Part shown: positions 18,437 through 27,882 of the stretch, piece after piece
Layout: each line of letters begins with the position of its first letter
Numbering within the stretch: the first letter of the stretch is position 1
NCBI GenBank assembly: GCA_013043685.1
Contig: JABDNT010000081.1
Span: 42,800-106,799 of the forward strand
From: Flavobacteriaceae bacterium
GTDB lineage: Bacteria > Bacteroidota > Bacteroidia > Flavobacteriales > Flavobacteriaceae
Length of the DNA stretch: 64,000 nucleotides
Reading direction: 5' to 3'
The notes under the pieces: model-generated
Told to the model about the DNA's origin: nothing
Databases searched by the model: none
What the model saw: only the letters and a program-made list of their open reading frames with translations
Translations under genes and position numbers: made by a program

Positions 18437-18804
18437 GACTTATCTTCTTTGTTAATCTCCTTCAAAATTCCTTCCAACTCGTTTATACTGATGTCATTCT
18501 TCTTCATAAAAAATGATACCATGCTCTTAAAAGAACCCTGAAAATATCCGTCAACCAATTTATTTATCGATTGATTGCTATACTCCGATTTCTTTACTTT
18601 CGGAAAATAAATATGGCCCCGGCCTTCTTTTCTATAGGCAACAAAACCCTTACTTTCCATAATTCGGACTATCGTTGAAACCGTATTATAAGCTGGTTTT
18701 GGATCTGGGAGTTCGTCAATGATCCCGGCTACATTGGCCTCGTCAAGATCCCAGAGGATCTGCATAATATCTTCTTCTGCTCTGGTGAGTTGTTTCATAT
18801 TCAT
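18433..18804 (-). CDS. BlaI/MecI/CopY family transcriptional repressor
   Basis: LTRAEEDIMQILW...NTVSTIVRIMESKGFV winged-helix pattern. 123 aa. Confidence 0.9.
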   Translation of the reverse strand: MNMKQLTRAEEDIMQILWDLDEANVAGIIDELPDPKPAYNTVSTIVRIMESKGFVAYRKEGRGHIYFPKVKKSEYSNQSINKLVDGYFQGSFKSMVSFFMKKNDISINELEGILKEINKEDKS

Positions 18805-18825
18805 ACTGCTTTGGATATCAAATAT

Positions 18826-18859
18826 AACTAATTATTTAGTTTTAACTAATTTTTTAGTT
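18826..18859. promoter_or_regulatory. Two AACTAA-N4-TTAGTT dyads (18826-18841 and 18844-18859); candidate BlaI operators
   Basis: Both dyads have perfect 6-bp arms with centres 18 bp apart. They lie 22-55 nt upstream of the blaI start codon. Confidence 0.5.
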
Positions 18860-18902
18860 ATAAAATTGTAACAGAAGCGTATTTTTAACATCTAATGAGC
18901 GT

Positions 18903-19403
18903 ATGGATATCATTTTAATAATTATTGGCTTTCTTCTTATGTTAATCGGAATTGCAGGTAGCATACTTCCGGTTATCCCTGGCACGCCTATTAGTTGGTG
19001 CGGTCTCATCGTACTTTATCTTTCGCCATCTCTTCCGTTCGATTGGACATTCATAATTATTACCGGAATTGTGGCTATAGTTATTTATATCCTGGATTAC
19101 ATAATTCCCGCTGTAGGGACAAAGAAGTTTGGTGGTAGCAGGGCTGGTGCCTGGGGCACAATTATCGGATTATTTGTAGGAATCTTAGCCCCTATTCCAT
19201 TTGGGATACTTATAGGGCCTTTCCTCGGGGCGCTTGTGGGTGAAATGGCCTTTAATCAAACGCATGGACAAAAAGCGGTATGGGCGGCATTTGGATCTTT
19301 TGTAGGTTTCCTGGCATCTACATTTATGAAGCTGTTTGCCACCTGTGTTTTCCTGCTGTTGTTTTGCTGGAAGGTATGGGAGTATCGAGGATTACTCTTT
19401 TAA
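18903..19403 (+). CDS. DUF456 domain membrane protein
   Basis: Four TM helices. GSILPVIPG and GAxxG repeats are typical of this family. Confidence 0.6.
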   Translation: MDIILIIIGFLLMLIGIAGSILPVIPGTPISWCGLIVLYLSPSLPFDWTFIIITGIVAIVIYILDYIIPAVGTKKFGGSRAGAWGTIIGLFVGILAPIPFGILIGPFLGALVGEMAFNQTHGQKAVWAAFGSFVGFLASTFMKLFATCVFLLLFCWKVWEYRGLLF

Positions 19404-20027
19404 CTACAAAGAGAATTTCTTTGAAAATGCTCCCAGGAGTATGATCCATACTACACCTATGGTAATGGATAGATCGGCAAAATTAAAGATGTAGTTATTG
19501 AATTTGAACAGCTCACCTCCAACAAATGGAACCCAGTCCGGCCAGTAGGTTTCAATTATAGGAAAATAAAACATGTCCACTACATGGCCGTCGAAGAACG
19601 TGCTATACCCTCCTTCTTTGGGGAGGAACTCTGCCGTGGTGTTTCCGGTGGATTCGGAAAAAATAACGCCATAGAACAGTCCGTCGATAATATTTCCTAT
19701 CGCCCCAGCTGTAATCAAAGCTAAGGATACAACAAAAGAAAACCGCTTTTCCTGAATAAGGGATTTATAGGTATAGTATAACAATCCGGAGCCCGCGAGT
19801 ATTCTGAATACCCCCAGGATGATCTTTCCTGCCTTACCACCTAATTCCAGACCAAAGGCCATTCCATAATTTTCCGTGAACTTTATCTGAGCCCAATCCA
19901 GGCCTAACATCTTGAAACCACCATCCAATGGAAACGAGGTCTTCACGTAAAATTTCAACGCCTGGTCAATGATTAGAACTGCTGCGATTAGCAGACCGAT
20001 ATACAACATCTTCCTTCTGTGGATCAT
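19404..20027 (-). CDS. lspA: Lipoprotein signal peptidase (signal peptidase II)
   Basis: IDQALKFYVK, NYGMAFG and FNFADLSITIGV motifs. Start is uncertain: the ORF extends to 20069, and I chose MIHRRKMLY. Confidence 0.85.
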   Translation of the reverse strand: MIHRRKMLYIGLLIAAVLIIDQALKFYVKTSFPLDGGFKMLGLDWAQIKFTENYGMAFGLELGGKAGKIILGVFRILAGSGLLYYTYKSLIQEKRFSFVVSLALITAGAIGNIIDGLFYGVIFSESTGNTTAEFLPKEGGYSTFFDGHVVDMFYFPIIETYWPDWVPFVGGELFKFNNYIFNFADLSITIGVVWIILLGAFSKKFSL

Positions 20028-20179
20028 CAGCAAATTTTTAAGCTGCTGCAAATATAGAATCATTTTCATTAACTGGGAAGCACTTAACGTTGACGATTTT
20101 TGAATCTTTCCAGGCAGCCATAGCTTACCGTGGGTAAATTATAGTGAAGAGTTGATATACAGCCGAAAATTGAATCTGA

Positions 20180-20731
20180 TCACAGCCATATGGTTTTATC
20201 GGCAATCTGGGTTTTTCTTTCTCCTTCCTGTAATTCGCCATTGATTTTCCCCATGAAAAAGAAGCCAAGGCATCTCTCGCCGTCTGCCAGCGGAACATGT
20301 TCCCCAAAATACTGCTTATATGCCGGAGTACTCCAGTAGGCCCCGATCTGCATAGATTGAGCCATCAACCACATATTTTGCACTGCCATTGCAGTAGACG
20401 CAATTTCCTCCCATTCCGGAACGGATTCCAAGGGATCCCTTTGCATACAAATTGCAATAATACAACCCGATTGTTTTGTCTTATCCAATATCTTCCGAAA
20501 CTTGAATTCGGAATACTTCTCAGAAGTGGCTTTATATTTTTGGGCCAAAAATTCACCTAACATATGCTGAGATTCACCGTAAAACACCTTGAAGCGCCAG
20601 GGTTCTGTCCTTCTGTGTGTTGGAGCCCAATTGGCTGCTTCGAGGATTGTTTGAATTTCTTCCTTGCTGATGACTTCGGAATTATATTGAGCGGGAAATA
20701 CCGCTCTGCGGGCTTTTATCACTTCTAGCAT
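20180..20731 (-). CDS. NAD(P)H nitroreductase family protein
   Basis: Trimmed to MLEVIKARRAVFPAQY. APTHRRTEPWRF motif. Confidence 0.8.
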   Translation of the reverse strand: MLEVIKARRAVFPAQYNSEVISKEEIQTILEAANWAPTHRRTEPWRFKVFYGESQHMLGEFLAQKYKATSEKYSEFKFRKILDKTKQSGCIIAICMQRDPLESVPEWEEIASTAMAVQNMWLMAQSMQIGAYWSTPAYKQYFGEHVPLADGERCLGFFFMGKINGELQEGERKTQIADKTIWL

Positions 20732-20838
20732 ATACAGCTGACAATTAAAAGATTGATTATAAGGTTGGTAAAAATAAGTCATTTTACAAAGCAAGAATAC
20801 ACTTCATTTGTTAAAATAAGTTAAATACTCTCATATCT

Positions 20839-20853
20839 AATAGTATTACTATT
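20839..20853. promoter_or_regulatory. 15-bp palindrome AATAGTA-T-TACTATT; candidate TetR operator
   Basis: Perfect 7-bp arms. Lies between the divergent nitroreductase and TetR genes, 26 nt upstream of the TetR ATG. Confidence 0.4.
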
Positions 20854-20878
20854 ATATTCGCGATCAAATTGATTAATT

Positions 20879-21553
20879 ATGAAGCAGCTCTTAGGCAGTT
20901 TAAAGATCTCAGTGAATGATCAACTGTATCTGAAAGACCCGGAGTCCTCTCAATTGGGCAGAAAGATCATCGAGTATAGTATTTTACTAATTGATGAAAT
21001 CGGGTTCGACGGTCTCACTTTTAAAAAGCTGGGGTTGTCCATCGGATCGAATGAAAGTTCCGTATACCGGTATTTCGAGAATAAGCATAAATTACTTCTT
21101 TATCTCACTTCCTGGTACTGGGGCTGGATAGAATATCAGCTGGTTTTCGAAACACATAATATTTCAGATAATTCAGAAAAACTTAAAAATGCCGTTGAAA
21201 TTATATGTCGGCCAATAGTCGAGGACTCTACATATAGTCATATTAACGAGGTGCTCTTGAATAAGATTGTGATTAATGAATTCTCGAAATCCTACCTGAC
21301 CAAAGAGGTAGATGCGGAGAACAAGGAAGGCTATTTTGCCATTTATAAAAGATTGGTACATCGTCTTGAAGAGATGATCAGGGAACAAGATCATTCCTAC
21401 CAATATCCTACAAGCCTGGCCAGTACTATTATTGAAACTGCATTGCACCAGCAATTTCTGAAGGATCATTTTAAATCCATTACCGACTGTGATAAGAACA
21501 CTTCTCCGGCCGATTTTCTTATCGATCTAATTTTTAAACTATTAAATAAGTAA
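20879..21553 (+). CDS. TetR/AcrR family transcriptional regulator
   Basis: N-terminal HTH (FDGLTFKKLGLSIGSNESSVYRYFENKHKLL). Confidence 0.85.
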   Translation: MKQLLGSLKISVNDQLYLKDPESSQLGRKIIEYSILLIDEIGFDGLTFKKLGLSIGSNESSVYRYFENKHKLLLYLTSWYWGWIEYQLVFETHNISDNSEKLKNAVEIICRPIVEDSTYSHINEVLLNKIVINEFSKSYLTKEVDAENKEGYFAIYKRLVHRLEEMIREQDHSYQYPTSLASTIIETALHQQFLKDHFKSITDCDKNTSPADFLIDLIFKLLNK

Positions 21554-21556
21554 TCC

Positions 21557-23218
21557 ATGCGTAAAACTATTATGTCACCCTGGCAGCGACTCATCAATAT
21601 GCTGCAACTCGACAAGAAAGATATATTGCAGGTGTTCTATTATGCTGTTTTCGCCGGTATTGTGAACCTTTCACTTCCCCTTGGAATTCAGGCTATAATC
21701 AACCTTATTCAGGGTGCCCAAATAAGCACATCCTGGATCATTCTGGTGATCCTGGTTACTTTGGGAGTGGCTTTTGCGGGAGCATTACAGCTAATGCAAA
21801 TACGTATTATCGAAAATATTCAGCAAAAGATCTTCACACGTTCTTCCTTCGAATTCGCGTATCGTTTTCCAAAGATCAAAATGAGTGAGCTGCGCGATTT
21901 TTACCCTCCGGAGCTTGCGAATAGATTTTTCGATACTCTCACGGTTCAGAAAGGACTCTCCAAGATTTTGGTCGATTTTCCAGCAGCCTTACTGCAGATT
22001 ATATTTGGTTTACTCTTACTGTCCTTTTATCATCCGTTTTTTATTATTTACGGAATTCTGCTCTTATTACTTATTTATGTTGTATTCAAATTTACGGCCA
22101 AACGTGGTATGGAAACCAGCTTGAAAGAGTCTAAGAATAAATATAAAGTTGCCCATTGGATACAGGAAGTAGCAAGATCAATCGTGAGTTTCAAACTCTC
22201 AGGTAAGACTAACCTGGCGATGACCAAAAACGACGATCTTGTGGCAGACTACCTGGAATCTCGAGAAAGTCATTTCAGGATACTGGTGATTCAATTCATC
22301 CAGATGATAGGCTTCAAAGTCCTGGTAACAGCAGGATTGTTGCTCATCGGTGGAATCCTTGTATTGAACCAGGAGATGAACATCGGACAATTTGTGGCAG
22401 CGGAGATCATAATAATCTTGGTCATCAGTTCTGTTGAAAAACTAATATTAGGCCTGGAATCCATATATGATATTTTAACGTCACTTGAAAAGATAGGACA
22501 GGTGGTGGATAAGGATCTTGAGCCTCAGGACGGGGAAATTATCTTCGATATTTCCAAAGAATTCAATATTCAGCTTGACCATGTGAATTACCATGTAGAC
22601 AATGGTCGGAAAAAGATACTGAACGACATTTCCCTGGATATCAACACTTCGTCCAGGATACTGATAGAAGGAAAGAGTGGCTCGGGAAAATCCACCCTAC
22701 TGCGCCTAATTGCAGGAATTATTCAACCCACCGATGGAAATATTTACGTGAATGATATTTCTCTGGGAGCGGTTCAGTTAAATAATTATCGTGCAAGCAT
22801 CGGCCAATCCTTAACAGAGGAGTCTCCTTTCGAAGGCACCTTGCTTGAGAATATTACCTTCGGAAATAAAAACATTACCCCCGAAGCTATACACTGGGCC
22901 ATTGATAATGTTGGTCTTACTGATTTTGTGAAAGAACAGCCCAAAGGGCTAAATACTATTATTTACCCGGAAGGCAAGCAAATTCCGTATACGGTTACCA
23001 AAAAGATCTTGTTAGCACGAAGTATAGTAACCAAACCAAGGCTTCTTATTCTTAAGGACCCTCTGGACCAATTTGAGAAAGAAGAGGAAATCCGAATTAT
23101 GAGTTTCCTTACCGACTCAAAACAGTCGTGGGGATTAATTGTAATAAGTCATAATCCGGGCTGGAAGAATCAATGCAGCCAGTCCCTCAGACTTGAAAAA
23201 GGTAGAATTATCAACTAA
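21557..23218 (+). CDS. ABC exporter (fused TMD-NBD, no C39 peptidase domain) with degenerate signature and Walker B motifs
   Basis: Six-helix TMD, then Walker A GKSGSGKST. IPYTVTKK stands where LSGGQ is expected, and LLILKDP where hhhhDE is expected. The H-loop (VISHN) is kept. Confidence 0.8.
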   Translation: MRKTIMSPWQRLINMLQLDKKDILQVFYYAVFAGIVNLSLPLGIQAIINLIQGAQISTSWIILVILVTLGVAFAGALQLMQIRIIENIQQKIFTRSSFEFAYRFPKIKMSELRDFYPPELANRFFDTLTVQKGLSKILVDFPAALLQIIFGLLLLSFYHPFFIIYGILLLLLIYVVFKFTAKRGMETSLKESKNKYKVAHWIQEVARSIVSFKLSGKTNLAMTKNDDLVADYLESRESHFRILVIQFIQMIGFKVLVTAGLLLIGGILVLNQEMNIGQFVAAEIIIILVISSVEKLILGLESIYDILTSLEKIGQVVDKDLEPQDGEIIFDISKEFNIQLDHVNYHVDNGRKKILNDISLDINTSSRILIEGKSGSGKSTLLRLIAGIIQPTDGNIYVNDISLGAVQLNNYRASIGQSLTEESPFEGTLLENITFGNKNITPEAIHWAIDNVGLTDFVKEQPKGLNTIIYPEGKQIPYTVTKKILLARSIVTKPRLLILKDPLDQFEKEEEIRIMSFLTDSKQSWGLIVISHNPGWKNQCSQSLRLEKGRIIN

Positions 23219-23227
23219 GTAGAAATT

Positions 23228-24583
23228 ATGCTCAATATAACTAATAATAAGCTGAACAAAACAGTTGACATAAGCGGTTTCAGATCCGGACAGCGAGTCT
23301 TCCATAAGCGGCATTTTAAGTACTTCAACCGTTTTCTGAAGATATTCGCAGGAATTACCTTTGTTATACTATTCCTTCCCTGGACCCAGAATATCACAGG
23401 AAAGGGATATTTAACAACATTGAAGCCCAACCAGCGTCCACAGACCATACAGTCACCTATTCCTGGGAAGATCGAGAAGTGGTATGTTCAGGAAGGCGAT
23501 TTTGTTTCCAAGGGGGATACCATTCTATTTATTTCTGAAGTAAAGAACGAGTACTTTGATCCGCAATTAGTGGAAAGAACCGGACAGCAAATTGTGGCCA
23601 AGGAATTGTCTGTGGGTTCGTATAAAGAAAAAGTAAAAGCACTTGATGCTCAAATTGGGGCTTTGTACCGTGAACGTACTTTAAAATTGGAGCAGGCTCG
23701 GAATAAACTTATGCAGGCTAAACTTAAAGTACAAAGTGATAGCATAGATCTGCAAGCCGCAAGTACTAATCTTAAGATAGCGGAAACACAGTTTAATCGA
23801 ACTCTCACCCTTCAACAGGAAGGTTTAAAAGCCATGACCGATGTGGAGGCTAAGCGACTCAAATTGCAGGAGACTCAGGCCAAACTGATTTCTCAGGAGA
23901 ACAAATTGCTTGCCAGTAAAAATGAAGTCATAAATGCAAGTGTCGAAATTGGCCGGGTAAATGCTTCCTTTTCAGAGAAAATTTCCAAGGCTAACAGTGA
24001 TAAATTCACGGCCCAGTCCAACCAGTTTGACGCAGAAGGACAAGTTACCAAGCTGGAGAATTCTCGTACCAATTATCAAATAAGAAATGACCTTTATTAC
24101 ATAAGGGCACCGCAAAGTGGTTTTATTAATAAGGCACTTAAAGGTGGGCTTGGTGAAACGTTCAAGGAGGGGGAAAAATTGGTAGCTATCATGCCATCAG
24201 ATATTGAAATGGCGGTAGAAACCTATATCGATCCCATTGATATGCCATTAATTAAAATTGGAGAACAGGTGAGAATTCAATTTGACGGGTGGCCTGCGAT
24301 AGTATTCAGTGGGTGGCCCAATGTTTCCTACGGAACCTACGGAGGAAAAGTAGTCGCTATTGAAAACTATATTTCTGAGAATGGTAAATACAGGATCCTG
24401 ATCGCGCCGGATAGTGCCGATCACGAATGGCCATCGGACCTAAGAGTAGGCAGTGGGGCCAATACGTTGGCCCTGTTGAATGATGTGCCAATTTGGTTCG
24501 AGTTATGGCGAAAGTTAAATGGTTTTCCACCAGACTATTATCAGCCTGAACCCGATATGAAAACAGCTCAAAAAGATAAATAA
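23228..24583 (+). CDS. HlyD family membrane fusion protein
   Basis: N-terminal TM, long coiled-coil middle region and C-terminal beta-barrel pattern. Sits between the ABC and TolC genes. Confidence 0.85.
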   Translation: MLNITNNKLNKTVDISGFRSGQRVFHKRHFKYFNRFLKIFAGITFVILFLPWTQNITGKGYLTTLKPNQRPQTIQSPIPGKIEKWYVQEGDFVSKGDTILFISEVKNEYFDPQLVERTGQQIVAKELSVGSYKEKVKALDAQIGALYRERTLKLEQARNKLMQAKLKVQSDSIDLQAASTNLKIAETQFNRTLTLQQEGLKAMTDVEAKRLKLQETQAKLISQENKLLASKNEVINASVEIGRVNASFSEKISKANSDKFTAQSNQFDAEGQVTKLENSRTNYQIRNDLYYIRAPQSGFINKALKGGLGETFKEGEKLVAIMPSDIEMAVETYIDPIDMPLIKIGEQVRIQFDGWPAIVFSGWPNVSYGTYGGKVVAIENYISENGKYRILIAPDSADHEWPSDLRVGSGANTLALLNDVPIWFELWRKLNGFPPDYYQPEPDMKTAQKDK

Positions 24584-25986
24584 TGAAAACCAGGTTTTTT
24601 ATTTTTCTGCTACTTGCATTCCTTTCGGCCAATGGACAGACCTCCGATTCCCTTGTCCTGGGCTTCAGAGAGTATTTGGGTTATGTAAAGAAATTTCACC
24701 CGGTATTAAAACAAGCCAATCTAACTATCGATATGGCACAAGCTGAGGTGATGAAAGCCCGTGGAGGGTTCGATCCCAAAGTGGAGCTGGATTACAACCG
24801 GAAGAAGTTTAAAGGAACTGAGTATTATGATCTATTGAACGCTACCTTCAAGATCCCCACCTGGTACGGAATTGAACTAAAAGCGAATTTCGAAGAGAAC
24901 GAGGGAAATTTCATCAATCCGGAGCGAACCGTTCCTGTTGATGGCCTATATAGCGCGGGAGTTTCATTTTCCCTGGGCCAGGGATTGTTGATGAATGAGC
25001 GGATGGCAACCCTAAAAAAAGCCAAGATTTTCAGGGATCAAACCGAAGCTGATCGTGAGATCCTGGTGAATGATATACTCTACCAGGCCTCACTTGCCTA
25101 TTTTGAGTGGTTCAGGGCGTATAATGAAGTGAGAATTTTTGACGATATCCTGGATAATGCATTGCAGCGATTTGAAGGTATAAAACGCAGTTCTGAAGTT
25201 GGTGACATGGCGGCTATCGATACTGTAGAAGCTAAAATTAGCTATCAAAACAGGTCGCTTAGCCTGGAACAGGCAAGGATAAAATATTTGAAGCGCTCAT
25301 TAGAGTTATCGAATTTTCTGTGGTTGAATAACAATATACCGCTGGAATTACAACCGGATGTAATCCCTTCGGATACCATAGAAGCGGAGATAGATATGAC
25401 CCTGAATGTAACGGGAACTCCCCTGAGTGCTTTTACACTTGAAACTCATCCCAAATTACGGTCTTTGAATTACAAAATTGACGGGTTGGAGATTGACAGG
25501 CGCTTAAAGGGGAATAAACTTCTCCCAGTGATCGACCTGAATTACAATTTCATTTCCGAAACGCCGGAAACAGTAAATTCATTCAACACGGCAGAATATA
25601 AAGGAGGTCTGCGATTAGCGGTGCCATTGTTTCTTCGGAAGGAACGCGGAGATTACAAGCTGGCAAAACTAAAGGTAGCGGATGCAAACTTCGAGCTTTC
25701 AGCGACACAATTAACGCTCCAGAATAAGATCACCGCCTTGTATAACGAATTGGAATCATTAGAGACACAAAACCGTCTCATTTCAGAAATCGTGGTGAAC
25801 TATGAGCAATTACTCACTGCCGAGGAACGAAAGTTCAGCTTTGGCGAAAGTTCTATCTTTCTTGTCAACACAAGAGAACAGAAACTTATCGAAAGCAAAT
25901 TGAAGCAGGTTAGTATTCAAAATACATTTTTAAAAACAAAAGCCCGCTTATTCAATACCCTGGTGCTCCCGGCAGAAAATCTGTAA
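24583..25986 (+). CDS. TolC family outer membrane efflux protein
   Basis: Signal peptide and two repeated halves of alpha-helical/beta pattern. 1-nt overlap with the HlyD gene. Confidence 0.8.
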   Translation: MKTRFFIFLLLAFLSANGQTSDSLVLGFREYLGYVKKFHPVLKQANLTIDMAQAEVMKARGGFDPKVELDYNRKKFKGTEYYDLLNATFKIPTWYGIELKANFEENEGNFINPERTVPVDGLYSAGVSFSLGQGLLMNERMATLKKAKIFRDQTEADREILVNDILYQASLAYFEWFRAYNEVRIFDDILDNALQRFEGIKRSSEVGDMAAIDTVEAKISYQNRSLSLEQARIKYLKRSLELSNFLWLNNNIPLELQPDVIPSDTIEAEIDMTLNVTGTPLSAFTLETHPKLRSLNYKIDGLEIDRRLKGNKLLPVIDLNYNFISETPETVNSFNTAEYKGGLRLAVPLFLRKERGDYKLAKLKVADANFELSATQLTLQNKITALYNELESLETQNRLISEIVVNYEQLLTAEERKFSFGESSIFLVNTREQKLIESKLKQVSIQNTFLKTKARLFNTLVLPAENL

Positions 25987-26111
25987 CTGGTTATTTTTGA
26001 AGAATTAGAGATAATGGCCCACATTAAATCGGTAAGATCTGGGCCTGTTTAACTGTTTTTTTGTACCTTAAGTGTGTTAATATCTTCAACATCAATTAAA
26101 TTGGCATTCAT

Positions 26112-26564
26112 ATGAAAAAAGCAATTATTATCCTTGGTTGTGTTATAGGCGCGATGGCGTTTATCTCAGCTGACAAAAATGATCCGGCTAATAATAACAG
26201 TTTATCCCTGGAAGGAGTTTGGGAACTGGAACATCAATTTCTTTACGAAGACAACGAGGTGAAGGACACCATAATGAATTTAAACGGCTACCGTCAGGTA
26301 AAGGTCTATACGAAAGGCAAGGTGATGTGGACGCGCTTTAATCCGGCCGATTCGAATGAATGGTTTGGTTATGGATCTTACGAAGTGAAAGACGGCATGC
26401 TCGAGGAACAGCTCGAATATGCATCCGATGCGATGATGCGAATAGTAGATACTGTTCAGGTATTTCGCTTCGAACTTGACCTGGGCAAAGAGCGATACAG
26501 TCAGATTGTACGTGATAGTAATGGGGATCTCGAATCCTCGGAAAATTATATCAGAATAGAATAA
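26112..26564 (+). CDS. Hypothetical secreted protein (lipocalin-like size and pattern)
   Basis: Signal peptide and GVWELEH beta-rich sequence. No recognised catalytic motif. Confidence 0.5.
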   Translation: MKKAIIILGCVIGAMAFISADKNDPANNNSLSLEGVWELEHQFLYEDNEVKDTIMNLNGYRQVKVYTKGKVMWTRFNPADSNEWFGYGSYEVKDGMLEEQLEYASDAMMRIVDTVQVFRFELDLGKERYSQIVRDSNGDLESSENYIRIE

Positions 26565-26587
26565 TAGTATATTACCAAATAAAAAAA

Positions 26588-26606
26588 GGAAGGCAGATCG
26601 CCTTCC
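26588..26606. terminator. Bidirectional intrinsic terminator GGAAGGC-agatc-GCCTTCC flanked by A-run and T-run
   Basis: Perfect 7-bp stem between convergent genes. A8 upstream and T5 downstream. Confidence 0.7.
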
Positions 26607-26630
26607 TTTTTACTTATAAATTAAATTGTC

Positions 26631-27131
26631 CTACATGAAGTTACCGGCATCATCGATGGTGACTCGAATAATCTTGTCTCCATTTTTCAATTTAACTCTA
26701 TATTCCTTATTAGCTCCTTTCTTTAGAGAGTAGGTCACTTTAAATATATCTTTTACTACTTCATAGTTAGGATATTTGTCCTTAATAGCTAATTTAACCT
26801 CATCTGGCATCTGGATATTTTTATAACGCTCGATGGTTTTTATAATCTCCCCATCCTGGTCATACGCTGCTACCAGAACTCCATCCGGAATACGGAATGT
26901 TACGTGGTAAGTGTTGAAATCATCAAGAAATACATCACTATCGGTTACATCAAACATAGCAGCTTCCTTCTCGACACTCCATACGGGTATAGGAGCTTTG
27001 GAGTTTTCTACTGCACTTAAATACCTATAGTTCACTGACGTTACAATAATTTCGTCGAGTGGTTCAGGTTCCTGCGCAATCATTGGAGCAATAAATCCAA
27101 TGAGTAATGCGATTAATACAATTTTTTTCAT
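26631..27131 (-). CDS. Hypothetical secreted protein
   Basis: Signal peptide (IAPMIAQE). No recognised motif. Confidence 0.5.
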   Translation of the reverse strand: MKKIVLIALLIGFIAPMIAQEPEPLDEIIVTSVNYRYLSAVENSKAPIPVWSVEKEAAMFDVTDSDVFLDDFNTYHVTFRIPDGVLVAAYDQDGEIIKTIERYKNIQMPDEVKLAIKDKYPNYEVVKDIFKVTYSLKKGANKEYRVKLKNGDKIIRVTIDDAGNFM

Positions 27132-27298
27132 GATAAAAATTTTACGTTACTAACTCGTTTTGCAACTACTTAAGTTAATTATAACATAAAATATGCGCAA
27201 TGACCTAGGTCATTGAAGTAAATGAAACACAGGGAGTTACCATGTTTTCTAATTTCGAGGTGTAATTATCTCTCGGAAAAGGTCCTCTCCTGAAAAAA

Positions 27299-27823
27299 TT
27301 AATCACTTTTCAGTGAACTCTTATATTCCTCCCAGGTTTGTTGTAGATAATGCTTATTACTTAAATAGGTAAGAATTGGCATAAACTGTTGCACCGTTTG
27401 ATATCCCTTTATAATAGTAATTCGCTCGAATTTCTCATTTAGAGCGACATAACTTGGATAACTCATTCTATTATTCAATAAGGCAGCCGCCAATTCATTG
27501 TGTCCACGCCTTCCACTATCGATAAACTTGAATTCATGCCCCTGGAAAGTGAATGTCTCTTTCATTTCCGCATCGAACTTTACAGCATGGAAGTTGGTAT
27601 TGATAGCATCCACAACCTTCTTATTCCGGAAGGTGGTTTTATCCATACGCTTACACCATCCACACCAGTCGGTATATACATCAAAAAATACCGGTTTTGG
27701 ATTTCTGGACATTTCTTCTTCAAGATCAGTAATATCGATCCAATTAATGGAGTCCTGGGCAGTAACCGTTGCAAATGGTACTGAAATGAATGCGATAAGT
27801 AAAATCAGGGCTAACTTTCTCAT
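27299..27823 (-). CDS. Thioredoxin-fold protein (secreted)
   Basis: Signal peptide plus active-site WCGWC. Confidence 0.8.
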   Translation of the reverse strand: MRKLALILLIAFISVPFATVTAQDSINWIDITDLEEEMSRNPKPVFFDVYTDWCGWCKRMDKTTFRNKKVVDAINTNFHAVKFDAEMKETFTFQGHEFKFIDSGRRGHNELAAALLNNRMSYPSYVALNEKFERITIIKGYQTVQQFMPILTYLSNKHYLQQTWEEYKSSLKSD

Positions 27824-27882
27824 GCCTTAAAGATATAAATTTCAGGAAATTAATCAATTTTCAACTATGGAATGCTTCGGTC

